From NCBI GenBank assembly GCA_051362555.1, contig CM120640.1, positions 1,674,001 to 1,738,000 of the forward strand: a stretch of DNA of 64,000 nucleotides, read 5' to 3'. This stretch comes from Lingula anatina (Eukaryota > Animalia > Brachiopoda). The notes below the pieces were generated by a model that was not told where the DNA came from, did not search any database, and saw only the letters and a program-made list of their open reading frames with translations. A program made the position numbers and the translations under genes. Shown here piece by piece: positions 23,401 to 35,176 of this stretch; position 1 is the first letter of the stretch; each line of letters opens with the position of its first letter.

Positions 23401-26400
23401 ACACTTTGCAGGTGCACTGTAGCTTTGTGGAACCTGTGTAAATACACCACATCATCGACAAAGAAAGAGATGCTGGCTGCAGGATTTGGGATTTTTGATC
23501 CAAAGACAGAGCTGCTTTTGATTGCTGTGAAGTGTATCCGCAGTACTCTGGATGAAATTACGGTAATGCTACATGGACATGCAACTGCGAGACAATAACA
23601 CATTTTTCTACCAACTGATCATTGTAGTATCGTCAACATATTTGTAGTCTGGGCATCTTGACTGTAAATCCAGATGCCCAGACTAAAAATATGTTGACGA
23701 TACTACAGTGTATGGCTTGCAAAGTGCAAGTAACGAAATAGTGCTGTGGACACAAATTAACAATATGAAACTGAATGCCAAAAAAACCAAGAGCAACCCT
23801 AAATTTTACATGTTCTTCTAACCAGACCTCACACCAACAGTTATAAATGACACGCCAATCTGTGAAATTACAGAGTTCAATCTTCTGGGCATCCATATTA
23901 GCAATGACCTCAAATGTGGTACTCATGTGGCTTATATAAATAAAAAGACATGTGGAAGACTGTATTTCCTCCGTAAACTGAAGCGAGCTAAGCTCAGCCC
24001 TGCTGACTTAATTCAAGTTTACCAAAGTATTGTGCGCTCAATTCTAGAATATGCTTGCCCTGTGTGGCAACCAGGACTAACTATAGAGCAACGCAAACTC
24101 TTAGAGACTGTCCAAAGTTTTGCTTTGAAAATTATTTTCCCTGACCTACACTATGATGAAGCCCTGAACCTGGCAAATATGTGTACTTTAGATAAACGAA
24201 GGGAAGATCTGTGCAAAACGTTCTTTTACGAAATAACTGAACCCTGTGACAAACTGAATCACATTTTAAATTAGCAATCCAATCGTCTTTTAAGATCAAA
24301 CAATAGATACAAAGTGCCAAAATTTAAGAACGATAGATTCCGATGCTCTTTTATTCCCTATGCATTTTAAAATTTCTAATAGTATAATGTTGCCTTTTAT
24401 CCTAAGAACAGTCTTTTAACTCAGTTTCATTCAAGCAAATATTATTTTATTATTATTATAATGTTCATAACATTCTATGTACAACTTCAACCCACTGGGT
24501 TGCAATCTTAATAAATTATTATTATTATTATTACTATTATTATTATTATTATTATTGTGTTAGTTGAGGCACACAGTACCTAGTCAGCACACAAGGATCT
24601 GTCCCATATGTGACCAATGTTTAGTGTATTTCAATACTTTAAAGTTACAGTTGGGATAAACCATTTTCTTTTTTATTATTCATAATGCTGATAAATTTTT
24701 ATTTTACATGAATATGCTAAAATTATTCTTCCTTGTATCAAAATTATAAAGAAATGCCATCACTTGCATATTCCAGGCACTTGGTTGTTGGGCTAAAAGG
24801 ATGGGTCTAAAGCAAATAGCGCTTGATGGAATCTTCAAACTTTATATCTGTCCTCATAGCAAAGGTGGCCAAGGTGAGGGTGACCTTGACAATGATGAGG
24901 AGGTTGTATGTGAAAAAAACCATGATGTACTGGTTACTTTAAAAGACTATCAAGGGTGGATTCCTATTAGAGGGGAAGATATAAAGGTATAAAAAGATAA
25001 AACATATCATTTAAATTGAATGTAAAAGTTCTTCAAATAATCATATTTGCATTTTTATTGTTTTTCAGATATTATACTGCTTATCTATACATTTTCATTT
25101 AAAAACACATATTGGATGCAGTTTCCTTAGTGTGTTGGGTTGCATAAATTTGTGGCATTTTTATTTTTGTTTTAAAGCACATTTATAGTTAAACTCTTTT
25201 TTTCAGACATTGAATTACAGGAAAATGAAAGATGACAACAAACCACATTGTCTCTTTTCTTTGAACCTTGAACCTACAGCACCATGTCCCAAAATTGTCA
25301 CCAGCAAAATACTGGTGGCCCAACAGGGTCACGAGGGTGAAGCTGCACAGCTGTCGTCAGTAGAGCTTGAAGTGTGTCACCCATTACATGAGGTAATGTC
25401 ATATTACAGTCATCTATGAATTTGTTTATAGCATCAATGCACAAAGAGTCATCTCATTGCACAAAGGTTTTGACAATCTCACCCTTCTATAGCTAGAAAG
25501 TTGGTTAATAGTAGTACTTAGTACATGGCATATTGGTATTTGGTAATGACTGGTTCTATTCAGTGGGGAAAATTATCAACCTTTCAAATTAAATAATTTT
25601 TGTATCATTGAAAATAAACTAGTATTTGTATATACAGGGGGTAGCATTTGTGGTACTCTTACTGAATAAATGTAATGGAACTATTGGGAACCCTCTTCTT
25701 TGTTACTGCCACTCAAAACGAATGTTCTTATTTTAAGAATATATGATTTAAAATACAGTATCTGTAAAATCCTAAAGTTTTCTCTCATTGAAAAGATCTC
25801 TGTATGGTTATCTGCAGAGAAAGAGTGGTTGGAAAGAACGGGGTTGGATACTGGAGGGAGTGTACTTCCTAGAGATAAATTATTCCCCCGAATCTAGGAA
25901 TCTATCTGCATCGCTCGCAAGACAATCAATTGTTAGAGATTACATAATACCTGCCAAATTTACTCATAAAGGCCCGAAACACTTCCTTATGTCCTCATGG
26001 AACAATGTTAGTCTAGGACAGAAGAACAGAAGTGTGGCATTACTCGATTATTCTCTTAAAAATGAACTCTTTGCTGGATCTCTTTCTGATGTCACTTTAC
26101 AACTTTCTAGATTACAAGAAATATATTTAAATTGGGCTTGCGTAGATCTATCATTCAAATGTCATCTTTATAACCAAAATTGACTATTTTTAAACACTCC
26201 AAACGTCACTTCTTCTTTCGTTGCCCTCTCAAACAGACGAATTACTGTAATTTCTATAAGCCAATTGATAATATCCTCGGAAATGACCGCATTCACTTAA
26301 GAACACAACAGGATAAAATTAACCTCTTCCTACATGGTCATAAATCTTCCTACACTGTCATAGAATGACTTAATTTTTGTGATTGTCGCTAATTCCTAAT

Positions 26401-26777
26401 AGAAAATGTGCATTAACGAATTAGCCACTCGGCCGCCCTCGACCTGATTCCCGTCCACTGCCTACTCCCTACTGCCCTCCGATGTGCCAGGACCTGCAAC
26501 TCCCCTGTAACCAACTATTATTTTTATATTATTTTATTATTTTTTTATTTTAAAAAAATGTCTCTCCAGTATTTATCATAATTGACCTTTTTCTCTTTAA
26601 CGAATGTACAGTACATTACTTTACAAATTACATGTCTAAGCATTGGCTATAGAGACAAGGCAGTAGCGCCGTATCATTAAAGAGAAGAGACTGTGTCTTT
26701 GCGGGATATCAGTGAAGTTACCCAGAAGAGGGTTTACGAGAAATGAATTAGGTTACATGCACTGTACGCTAGACCAA

Positions 26778-26835
<58 letters not shown>

Positions 26836-28575
26836 CATTATCTAAATGTCTGATAATAGCCTTGCCCTTTCAGATTACAAAGGTAGCTGACACTGAACAG
26901 TCTCATCCAGATGCCAAGTCGTATGGGGGAAACCAGTCACAGATAACCCCAGCATCCATGCAGGACCAGTCAGTAATGAACCCCTTGATGTCCCACCAGA
27001 TACAGGGTTTCCCAGCCACAGGGCCCTCAGTGCCTTCTCAGCAACAGTCAGTTATGAACCCCTTGGTGTCCCATCAGGCACAGGAGGGTCTCGCAGCCCA
27101 AGAGATATCAGAAACATTGCAGCATCAGTCAGTTATGAACCCCTTGGTGTCCCACCAGGCACAGTGGAGTCTCCCAGCCCCAGGGCCCTCAGTGCCTTCA
27201 CAGCAACAGTTGGTTATGAATCCCTTGGTGTCCCACCAGACACAGCAGGGTCTCCCAGCCACAGGGCCCTATGTGCCTTCGCAGCAACAGTCAGATATGA
27301 GCCCCTTGGTGTCCCACCAGACACAGCAGGGTCTCCCAGCCCCAGGGTTTTCAGAACCTTTGCAACCGCCATTTGCATCAATACAACGAGGTCAGCAATC
27401 TTGTTTGCAGCATCAACAGCAGCAGCTTGCACATTGTCAGCAATCTCCGCACCTTACGCCACCGTCATCGCCACAACAACTACAGCTTCCAGACTTTCAA
27501 GACTTGTGTGCTCTATACCAGCATTATGGAAGACCAAATCGAGCCCTGTCACTATGTGAAGCTGATTTTACTACATCTGGTTATGGGGCTGCAGTGATGA
27601 AGACAACAGAGCAACCTATTATAAATACATATAATATCATTCAAAACATTGTACAACAGAGTGGAGATCCGGAGTTGATGGTTGCTGCACCACCTACTTT
27701 TGTCCAGGTTTTACAAAGGTATCTGCCTCTGGAGGTGAAAGCAAACTTAGAGGGCATTTTGAAAAACCAAGAGGTGTGGAGGGCCGTTGTACATGAACTT
27801 CAGTTGAGGGATGATTGTTGTCCTACAGATCCTGTTGAATTTGTCTTCTGCCATCTGCAGGCTTCATTTCAACAGTTAATGTTTTTACTGAGGAGGGTTG
27901 GAGAGACAGTGAAGGAAACTGTGAATCCATCTCAAATAGAGGACTTAGTTGATGAAGTTAAAGTAAGTTTATCTCCATCTATTTAGCATATTGGTCCGAA
28001 GTTTGAAAGATGCCAAAGGACACCTTCAATCCTTATTTGAATGAGCCTTTATATGAAATTCATTAAACAGTAGAAATACGTATATAATGCAAATGCATTT
28101 ATCAGAATATAGATTTTGCAGGTGTTTGGAAATATAAAGTCAGTTTTAGGCTATATGTTTGTAAGTGTGATGTGCACTTATTTTTCAGAAAGCAAGGAGG
28201 CGGGAAGTTGAATTCGAGAATCTTCGAAAACACATGTATTCTATTAAAAATGGTGGGTTTGATATAAAGAAACTACTAGATTTTCTTTATTCAAAGTTTA
28301 TCATTCACAAGTCAGACATTGAAAAAATCAATCACCAACAAACATCATCAGATAAATGCAGTGTATTATTACATAAGGTGTTAAACTGCCCCTTGGATAA
28401 GGAACCTGTCAGGCACCTGCGAAAGTGGTTTGCTGACGAGGACCGCTGTGATCTGGCGGATCTTCTTGCAGTGAAACAAGAGGATGTACAGGAGCTACCA
28501 ATGCGGTGTGTGCGTGGTGCCCTTAAACATAATGGATGCCAGGATTCACGTCTACCAGTTAGTCAAAGTCAATAA
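11502..28575 (+). CDS. ROCO gene 1: Roc GTPase with internal multi-pass TM block - COR - CARD - ZU5 - UPA - Q/P repeats - Death domain - CARD (~1989 aa)
   Basis: Proposed join(11502..14441,15008..15142,15711..16064,16359..16437,17434..17872,23412..23562,24777..24986,25207..25392,26874..27962,28189..28575). All introns are GT-AG with matching phases (0,0,0,1,2,0,0,0,0), total 5970 nt. Roc motifs: GDCGVGKTS, STRG, DCGGQ, YWL, VGTHRD, EVENS. The 79-nt exon at 16359 is the least certain link. Confidence 0.75.
15711..16064 (+). CDS. ROCO gene 1 exon: CARD-type death-fold domain 1
   Basis: LSENWTKLEDDLEPKSFLSYLFEKKVLDIDDVDVIR...ELLKRV...HLCSALREKYPHLAVLL fits the CARD pattern. Phase 0-0 exon. Confidence 0.8.
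17434..17872 (+). CDS. ROCO gene 1 exon: ZU5 domain
   Basis: DSRGGYVHLKEVGVTLVVSEGSL...SPIVVCGPHDLTFQKPVYLSFPHC is a classic ZU5 (UNC5/ankyrin/ZO-1/PIDD) signature. Confidence 0.9.
17985..20170. mobile_element. Composite intronic repeat, Helitron/HINE-like: (GCCGTC)n microsatellite, ~160-bp internal tandem units (18321, 18481, 18641) and further internal repeats
   Basis: Microsatellite at 18165-18237 and repeated CAGGTCAAGTTCGAAAATC units. 18720-19620 recurs inverted at ~39240-39890. The family assignment is inference and boundaries are approximate. Confidence 0.5.
20296..21383. mobile_element. ~1.1-kb MITE with TAA TSD (PIF/Harbinger- or Zator-like)
   Basis: TIRs GGCCACACTTTTTTA-TTTTATGGATGACATCCT at both ends. 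TAA at 20293-20295 and 21384-21386. No coding capacity. Confidence 0.85.
22390..23060. repeat. ~145-bp tandem repeat array (about 5 units)
   Basis: GACCTTGAA recurs at ~22446, 22591, 22731, 22877 and 23022 with shared flanks. Confidence 0.8.
23412..25392 (+). CDS. ROCO gene 1 exons 23412-23562, 24777-24986 and 25207-25392: end of ZU5 and UPA-like beta domain
   Basis: Three phase-compatible exons after ZU5 (CTVALWNLCKY...; ALGCWAKRMGLKQI...; TLNYRKM...HCLFSL...KILVAQQG) in the position UPA occupies in UNC5/PIDD. Confidence 0.65.
23790..24556 (+). mobile_element. 5'-truncated LINE (L2/CR1-group) 3' fragment
   Basis: Post-RT motifs LGIHISNDL, RLYFLRKLKRA, RSILEYACPVW and LETVQ. Ends in CAACCC..GGGTTG stem, AATAAA and an (ATT)n tail. 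Confidence 0.85.
25870..26832 (+). mobile_element. Degraded LINE-like 3' fragment ending at (TA)n
   Basis: Fragmentary HFFFRCP and LFLHG motifs resemble the C-terminal end of CR1/L2-group ORF2. Heavily decayed. Confidence 0.35.
26874..27962 (+). CDS. ROCO gene 1 exon: five ~27-aa Q/P/S-rich repeats followed by a Death domain
   Basis: Repeats QSVMNPLVSHQxQxGLPAxGPSVPSQQ. Then LPLEVKANLEGILKNQEVWRAVVHELQL...DPVEFVF...LMFLLRRVG fits an UNC5-like death domain. Confidence 0.75.
28189..28575 (+). CDS. ROCO gene 1 terminal exon: CARD-type domain 2
   Basis: LRKH...FDIKKLLDFLYSKFIIHKSDIEKINHQQTSSDKCSVLLHKV...DLADLL. Acceptor TTTTTCAG at 28188, and AATAAA overlaps the stop. Confidence 0.8.
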   Translation, partial: KARRREVEFENLRKHMYSIKNGGFDIKKLLDFLYSKFIIHKSDIEKINHQQTSSDKCSVLLHKVLNCPLDKEPVRHLRKWFADEDRCDLADLLAVKQEDVQELPMRCVRGALKHNGCQDSRLPVSQSQ

Positions 28576-29570
28576 AATACTGCATAATTTTTCACCATAC
28601 CAGTGCACTCTATATATACCTGTAATAAACTGTACTATATATTGTGTGTGATAGATAACTTTTTTGAGAGAAAGATGAAAGTTTTCAGATTTATCCAAAA
28701 ATCCATATATTTGTATGTTTACTGTTATAGTAGCTCATGTAGCTCATCCTAATATGACAATGAAGAATTCATTTCAGTATTATATATAGAATTATAATAT
28801 ATAAAACCCCTTCCCCCATCATGGTAGTAAAAAAATATAGAATTTCCATTTTCCATAATATTTATATTTACATACGCGGGCATCAATCGAAGTAACACTG
28901 TCGAAAGGTAGACACACAGATGCACATTAAAAAAAAGAAAATCAAAGTGGTGTTCTGAATGTCAAATTTTATCTATTCTTTACCTATTTTGAATTTCATT
29001 AGACCAATCGAATGCTTTTCATTAAACTATAACAACAGAGGACCGTTATAATCTGGCGGCTCTTCTTGCAGTGAAACCAGAGGATGTACATGTAGTATAT
29101 GTGTGGTGCCCTTATACCTGATGGATGTCAGAGTTCACATATTAGTCAAAATCAAGAAAATGCTGCGTAATTTTTCACCATACCAGTTTACTATATATAT
29201 ATATACAGTGTGTGTGTGTGAACGATGAGTTTTCAGAATTATCTAAAATTCATATATTTGTGTATTAACTGTTATAGTATTGTACGTCATTTTTATATGA
29301 TCGTGAAGAATGCATTTCAATTTTTCGTACTATTATATATACCCCTACAATCATAGTATTAAAAAAGGAATAGAAATTCCATTATGCCTAATATAAATAT
29401 ATACATATGAGGGGACCGATCGAAGTAACACTCCGTTTTAAGGTGGACTTACATAAGTACATTGAAAATGAAAATCAAAGTGGTGCCCTGAATACCACAT
29501 TTTATTTATTTCTTTTTTTACCGATTTGAATTTCATTAGACCAACCAAATGGTTTTCTTTAAACTATAAA
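28438..29570 (+). repeat. ~600-bp tandem duplication of the end of the CDS plus 3'UTR of ROCO gene 1
   Basis: GAGGACCGCTGTGATCTGGCGGATCTTCTTGCAGTGAAAC at 28438 recurs at 29038 and collinearity continues to ~29570. Confidence 0.85.
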
Positions 29571-30760
29571 AAACAGTGATAATATCACAGAAAGGGTGTG
29601 TAGCATTGTTATTTTTATTTTTTGCTAATGAAAAAATATATTATAATCAACGTAACGTAACGATCAGCGTCGACAGATATTACTGATAACATCGGGCAGT
29701 CTTGTCGTTTATATTGAATTTATGTCAGAGTTAATTACTGAATTATTGCTTTCTCATGTCATTTCTAAATGTTTTGACGCAAATAAGATGAAATACCCTG
29801 TGGATTGACCTTGCTTGGTCCTAACGATGTTTGATTGTAAATATGTACGTGCACGTGCGCGGGGGTGTGTACATGTAATTGTCTGAAACAGTAAAAGATG
29901 TAAAATGTAAACTAAGCATTTGCATATATAACTATAACAATATAAAATTGTGATAAATAACCTAAATGTGGATCAAATTTATGAATCATTTGATACTCGT
30001 GTTGATTGCGGATATTTGATACAAGCATCTGATATTACTATTGTGTTATTACTATAATTCATTGTAGTGTGTTAAAGTGGTAGTGAAGGAACTACAAAAT
30101 TTTCCCTGTATGTCATTTATAAATTAATAGAGAAGTAGGATTTTCTCAAAGTTTTGGAATATCATATGCTATGAAAAGTTCTTGTTTTTATTAGACTTAA
30201 ATAACATACCCCGGTAAATCGTGCCAGGATATGGATCCGATATTCTTTGAATTAAAAATATTTTTTACCTATGCAGTATCAATGTAATGTAGATTATAAA
30301 GGGTCTTCTGGTAGGTGTGTACAGTTTAACAATATTTTTGTTAAAATACAGTTAAAAACAATACATATTAATAATACGGCATTTTTAATATTCAAGGTAC
30401 TTAGACAAAAATTTACTTAGAAATATAACAAATGTGTCACTTCAAATTCAGCAAATTAAAACGGACTGGAAGTGACTAATTAATAAAACATTTATTTATT
30501 TAGTAATTGAAAATTAATTAGAATTAATTAATATTATCTGTTTAATGGTATAGCTGGCCTTCCGTTAAAATATGTTATGAACTGCAATGTGAATGTGTAC
30601 TGATAAAGAAACGTGTATTTTACTAATCACTATACTACATGTAGTACTTACACACAATGGACAATAGAAGTGTCACCCCATGAACCAGAGTAATCATACA
30701 ATAATCAAGTAATCAATAATCAAAGTAGGCAGATCTTGAGTAGTTATAATGCTTGGTCTA

Positions 30761-30797
<37 letters not shown>

Positions 30798-31424
30798 TGA
30801 AATTTGATGTTAATAAAATGATACCAGGAGCATATCATTCCACAGTTATTTATATCCCCCAAAGTATTGGTTCAGTAGGGTTGACACTCCTATTGTCACA
30901 GATATATGTTTGCATATTACTGTTTAGAACAATGTTGATATTTGCTCTTGTGTTGATTGCATTATTTTAGAAGGTACACAAGTAGCCCAAATGTAAAAAG
31001 AATATTAATGAAACAATAAAAATTAATGATATATCATAATAATCTTTAGTTTATTGTTATCTTTTTGTCTTTTAAAATAAATATACCCCGCGGGTTGGCC
31101 TAATATAAAATGCCTATTTACCTAGAAAAACATGTTGAGGGTGACAGTGGTATGACGATTCGCGAAGATGAAGTAGCAATGCACAAATAAACTAGAATGC
31201 AATTTATTTTCAGCAACCGGCAGAACAAAGTATATAAAACTATAACCAGTATTATAGAACATCTAACGCATCGTAACAACAATTTCAACACAATTTCATA
31301 ACACAATAACACTAGCTGCTATCTGTCACATCAATCATTGAACCATGATAAGAAATAAGTATATAATAATAATTTTAAAATAGAAAAAGTAACTGAGTGG
31401 GAATCGAACCCACCCCGCCTTTTT

Positions 31425-31790
31425 TATGTATTTATTTATTTATTTTAATTATTATTCTATTACTATTATTATTACCAAACTTGCAACACGAGGGTTGGAT
31501 AATTACAAACATTGCATCATAGTTGAATAAAACCATTAGTAAGTAAGAATAAAGGAATATGTAAAGAATAAAGACATATGTTAAAAAAATAACTAAAATA
31601 ACTAAAATGCAAGGTTAAAAAGAAGAAATAAAACTCTATCAGTTAATTCTGAAACTTGTATATGGCACTTGTTAAAAAGTCACTCATTGATCGTTTGTTT
31701 TTAATTTTAGGTGTTTTTAATGTCTCCTGTTCCCTTAATGGATATTTGACATTTTGTTTTGGTTGTAAAATATAATCATTATTTTGAGCT
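31425..31790 (-). mobile_element. Short LINE (L2-like) 3' end
   Basis: Reverse complement shows KTPKIKNKRSMSDF-like text, a CAACCC..GTTGCAA stem and a (TAA)n tail like the 24480-24556 tail. Confidence 0.45.
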
Positions 31791-34700
31791 GTTATCATGG
31801 TTTAATAATTGATGTGATTGGTATCAGCCAGTTTTACATTGACAAATAATAGCCAAACAAAAAGCGCTCATATTTTCATACGTGGGGTTGCAAAGAGGTC
31901 AAAAATTTGATTAAGTCAAAGGAAGAAAACCGAAAGCCAAAATTATGTAAGCCAATAGGTGCACAGTTACGTATATTTTTTCCATTTACTTGTGACAAGG
32001 TTTCACCTTTTATATAATCTGTTTTTATTTGTTAATATCTTGAAAAAAGCCATATTAATTATACTCGGTATTGTGTTGCAGGGAACCGTGCTATCCATTC
32101 ATATACAGGGGAGGATCCAGAAATATTTTCTGACAGTCTACCAAATTATCTTTGTTGGCCCATACTTTACTGCCCCCTCTCCCACACACGCACGCCCTTG
32201 TCAACACAATAATTATATGTGCACGTCCACGACAGTGGGTAATAACATTGGGACATGGGCAACATGGCGCCGATCTTGTGAGCACGCTTTCCGCTTAGAA
32301 TATGCATCGTATTTTGCTTTATATTAATAAATAGTGGAAAATATCACATAAAACACATACAAAAATTATCTGAAAACAGTACAATTAGCTTCGCAGAACC
32401 AGGCAAGCACGCTGCGATCCTGAATTGGCAGTTAAACAGCGATGACATGAAATCGCCTCTTGTGTGCACGCTCTCCGTTTATGATCATCGTCTTATTTTG
32501 TTTCATATTCATAAAGGTTGGAAATGTTGAAAAATTAAACATACATAAAAATTATAAGGGAAAGGTACACTTAAGTTCACAGAGTTGGGAAAGCATGCTG
32601 CGCTCCTGAGTCGGAGGTTTAACAGCCATGACATGAAGTCGTTTTTCTTGAGTTACACGCGAGTGAGTTACAAAAAGTGGGGACCGGGTTAAGCTGTGGT
32701 TACTCAAAAATTGTGAAGAGAAAAATAGAAATCGAACTGCTGAGAGCCATGAGTTACAGGACTTAAAACAAAACCTGTCAAAAGGCGGATGAGCCCCTTT
32801 GCGAGCCAACAGCCCTTCACCCCCCAAAAATGGATTAAAAATTTGGAGAAGGAACATGGTCCCCTCCAGTATCTGGCCCAACAAACAATGATTTAATATC
32901 AACCTTCGTCTGAAACTGCATCGGTGATGGCACATGAAGAACAAGAAGACGAAGACGATCCTCTAAATGTCTTCTCTGTGTAAAGTGGCGAAATGTACAC
33001 GGATTAGACAAGCTTAAGACAAATGCTGTAACGACCATACTGTTATCATCAACCAGTCTTAATTACAAAATCATTAATGATGAAACAAACGGTACTATTT
33101 CCATCAAGTACTAGTAATTCTGAAAACAGTTCAATATATCTCTTCCAATATCAGCCAGGTTCAGCAGTAATATTTTATGATTATAAGACGGTTTCTTTTT
33201 GAAAGGATTTTTGTTGTTATTTTAATGCCTCTTAAATAAGTAGTTATGGTTAAATCAATTTAACCTGATGAAAAGTCTCCGTCCGGAGATTATAAGGAAC
33301 ACATCCATTTAGCACAACCATCACATTGCTGACTGTTAGATAGGAACCAGAGTCCGTTCCCCATTACTTTGTGTATGTGACATTCGTCCCCTATACTACT
33401 ACTGATACGACCAACCCTCACCCGTACTAATCAAATGGGACCCCAGACATCCATTTTTAACTACCATTCCTGTTACACCTGGTATGTGTCGACTTACAGA
33501 GACACGATGTTCAGTTTATGTGTCCGGTGTCATCAATACCTTAGTTGTGCAGATGTTTTAAGTCTTAAACTTTGTGACTGTGTTAGGATGTGTATAGTTA
33601 AAGTCATAATTACTCTTCGTTTTGGCCAAAAATACGATTTTCCTGGAAAAAAACTGCAATTTTCCCGTACTTACCAATGGTCAATTATTCAAAGTTAATC
33701 CAGGGTTATTTTCCTAAACGTACGTTTTTTTGTTAAAATCTCTTACGTGATTTTAACTGACGGAGCCCTCGCTGACATTACATAGCCACGCGATATCGAG
33801 CGATAGTTTCTGGTGACCTACTTAAAACCGCAGGAAAGGCAGACAACAACAACAACACTACATAACAATTATATAAGATTCATAAGATATATTCGTCTTA
33901 TTGCTCAAAATGCATTTATATCTACAATGTGTGCAATTCTGGGCTTTTCGTTATCTGACGCACTGTACAAAAACTCACAACTTACGTCTGACGCGTTTCC
34001 CGCCATGTTCTTTTGGTCTCGAATGAACGCGAGAATCCGCGTGACACCTCAACGTCATTGGCAACGGATGCGTTGACGACCGTGAAGAAAGGCATCGATT
34101 TTAGTTTTACTACAATAACAGTCGTTTTAGTGGGAAAATGCAATAGAATATATGTCCATGCGTTGTTTACAGTGTACTTCTTGCTGAATTTTGAATCTCA
34201 AAGGAAGAGTTATTATTGCTTTAATATAAAATTATGAATAAATATATGTGAATGAGTAAAATAAAATAAAACATTGATTTAAAGGAGGAAGAAGAAGCAA
34301 AAAAATAAATTGGAGCTAAATGTTAGGACATCAATGACAAAGTTCAGTCCTACTGCCGAGAGGCTGCGAGGCAGGGACAAAAAACGAAAATGAAAACAAT
34401 ATGTTCCACCAGCCCGGTGGTGATCCATTAATTATTTCTCGCCAGGGCTATTAAGCAAACACTTCTTTGGTGCACCACAGCTCTTTGTGGCAGTGTGAAT
34501 AGGAAAAAAGTTTGCACGACTCAGTAACAGTGTTGTGAAACAAATCGATTTTTGAACAGGTAACAATAGCACAAAAAATGGCGTCGCACAGCACATTGGA
34601 AATTGATTTTTTTTTTCAGAAAGCAACATTGATCTAGCCTTTAAAGTTGCCTGAATAATGATATCTGTAGCCAAAACATCACCGCCATTTAATACCGTTC

Positions 34701-35176
34701 ATTTTCTATTAGCTCACGTCTTCGTCGGCATTATTCGGGACCATGTCGGCATTTTAACAATCTGTTGAGGTCAGTTATGCATCTTTGCATTCAGATCAGG
34801 ATAGCTTAAACCGTTGACGAAACAGACACGTCTTGTGGTATGATGGTAAGAATTGCCAGTAATAATTTAACGGAACCGTTTAAGACTATTCTTTTTTTAA
34901 CTTATCTCAAAGTTTGGTGCATTTGACAACTATGAAAAGCGATTGAGGATTTATCGGATTGGTTAAAACAACCCCCTGGAACATACGTTAAAAACTTAAC
35001 AAACGGCCGTCGTTTCAGTGGGAAAAACGCGATTTACGAAGACTCCAGGAAAGAAAAATATTTTTGTAGAATGTCCACATCGTTCTATTTCATGTCTTCA
35101 ATCTAAAAAAACTCACCTCGTATCAATTGTTTTGTTCACGTTTGACAGTTTCACAATTCCGTAGTCATGTGCATCT

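Noticed and set aside
26712-26873. N-terminus of the 424-aa ORF (YIYIYI...)
   Set aside because: Read-through of an intronic (TA)n; the real exon starts at the acceptor before 26874.
27615-27665. IINTYNIIQNIVQQSG as a RHIM-like amyloid motif before the Death domain
   Set aside because: It is rich in N/Q/I/V but lacks the (I/V)Q(I/V/L)G core, so it cannot be called without a profile search.
31392-31415. tRNA gene (GGTTCGATTCCC B-box on the minus strand)
   Set aside because: Only the T-arm/B-box is present with no cloverleaf; at most a SINE remnant.
32600-33040. Possible decayed SAM-like coding relic (VTKSGDRVKL)
   Set aside because: Multiple stops and a very short motif; not enough support.
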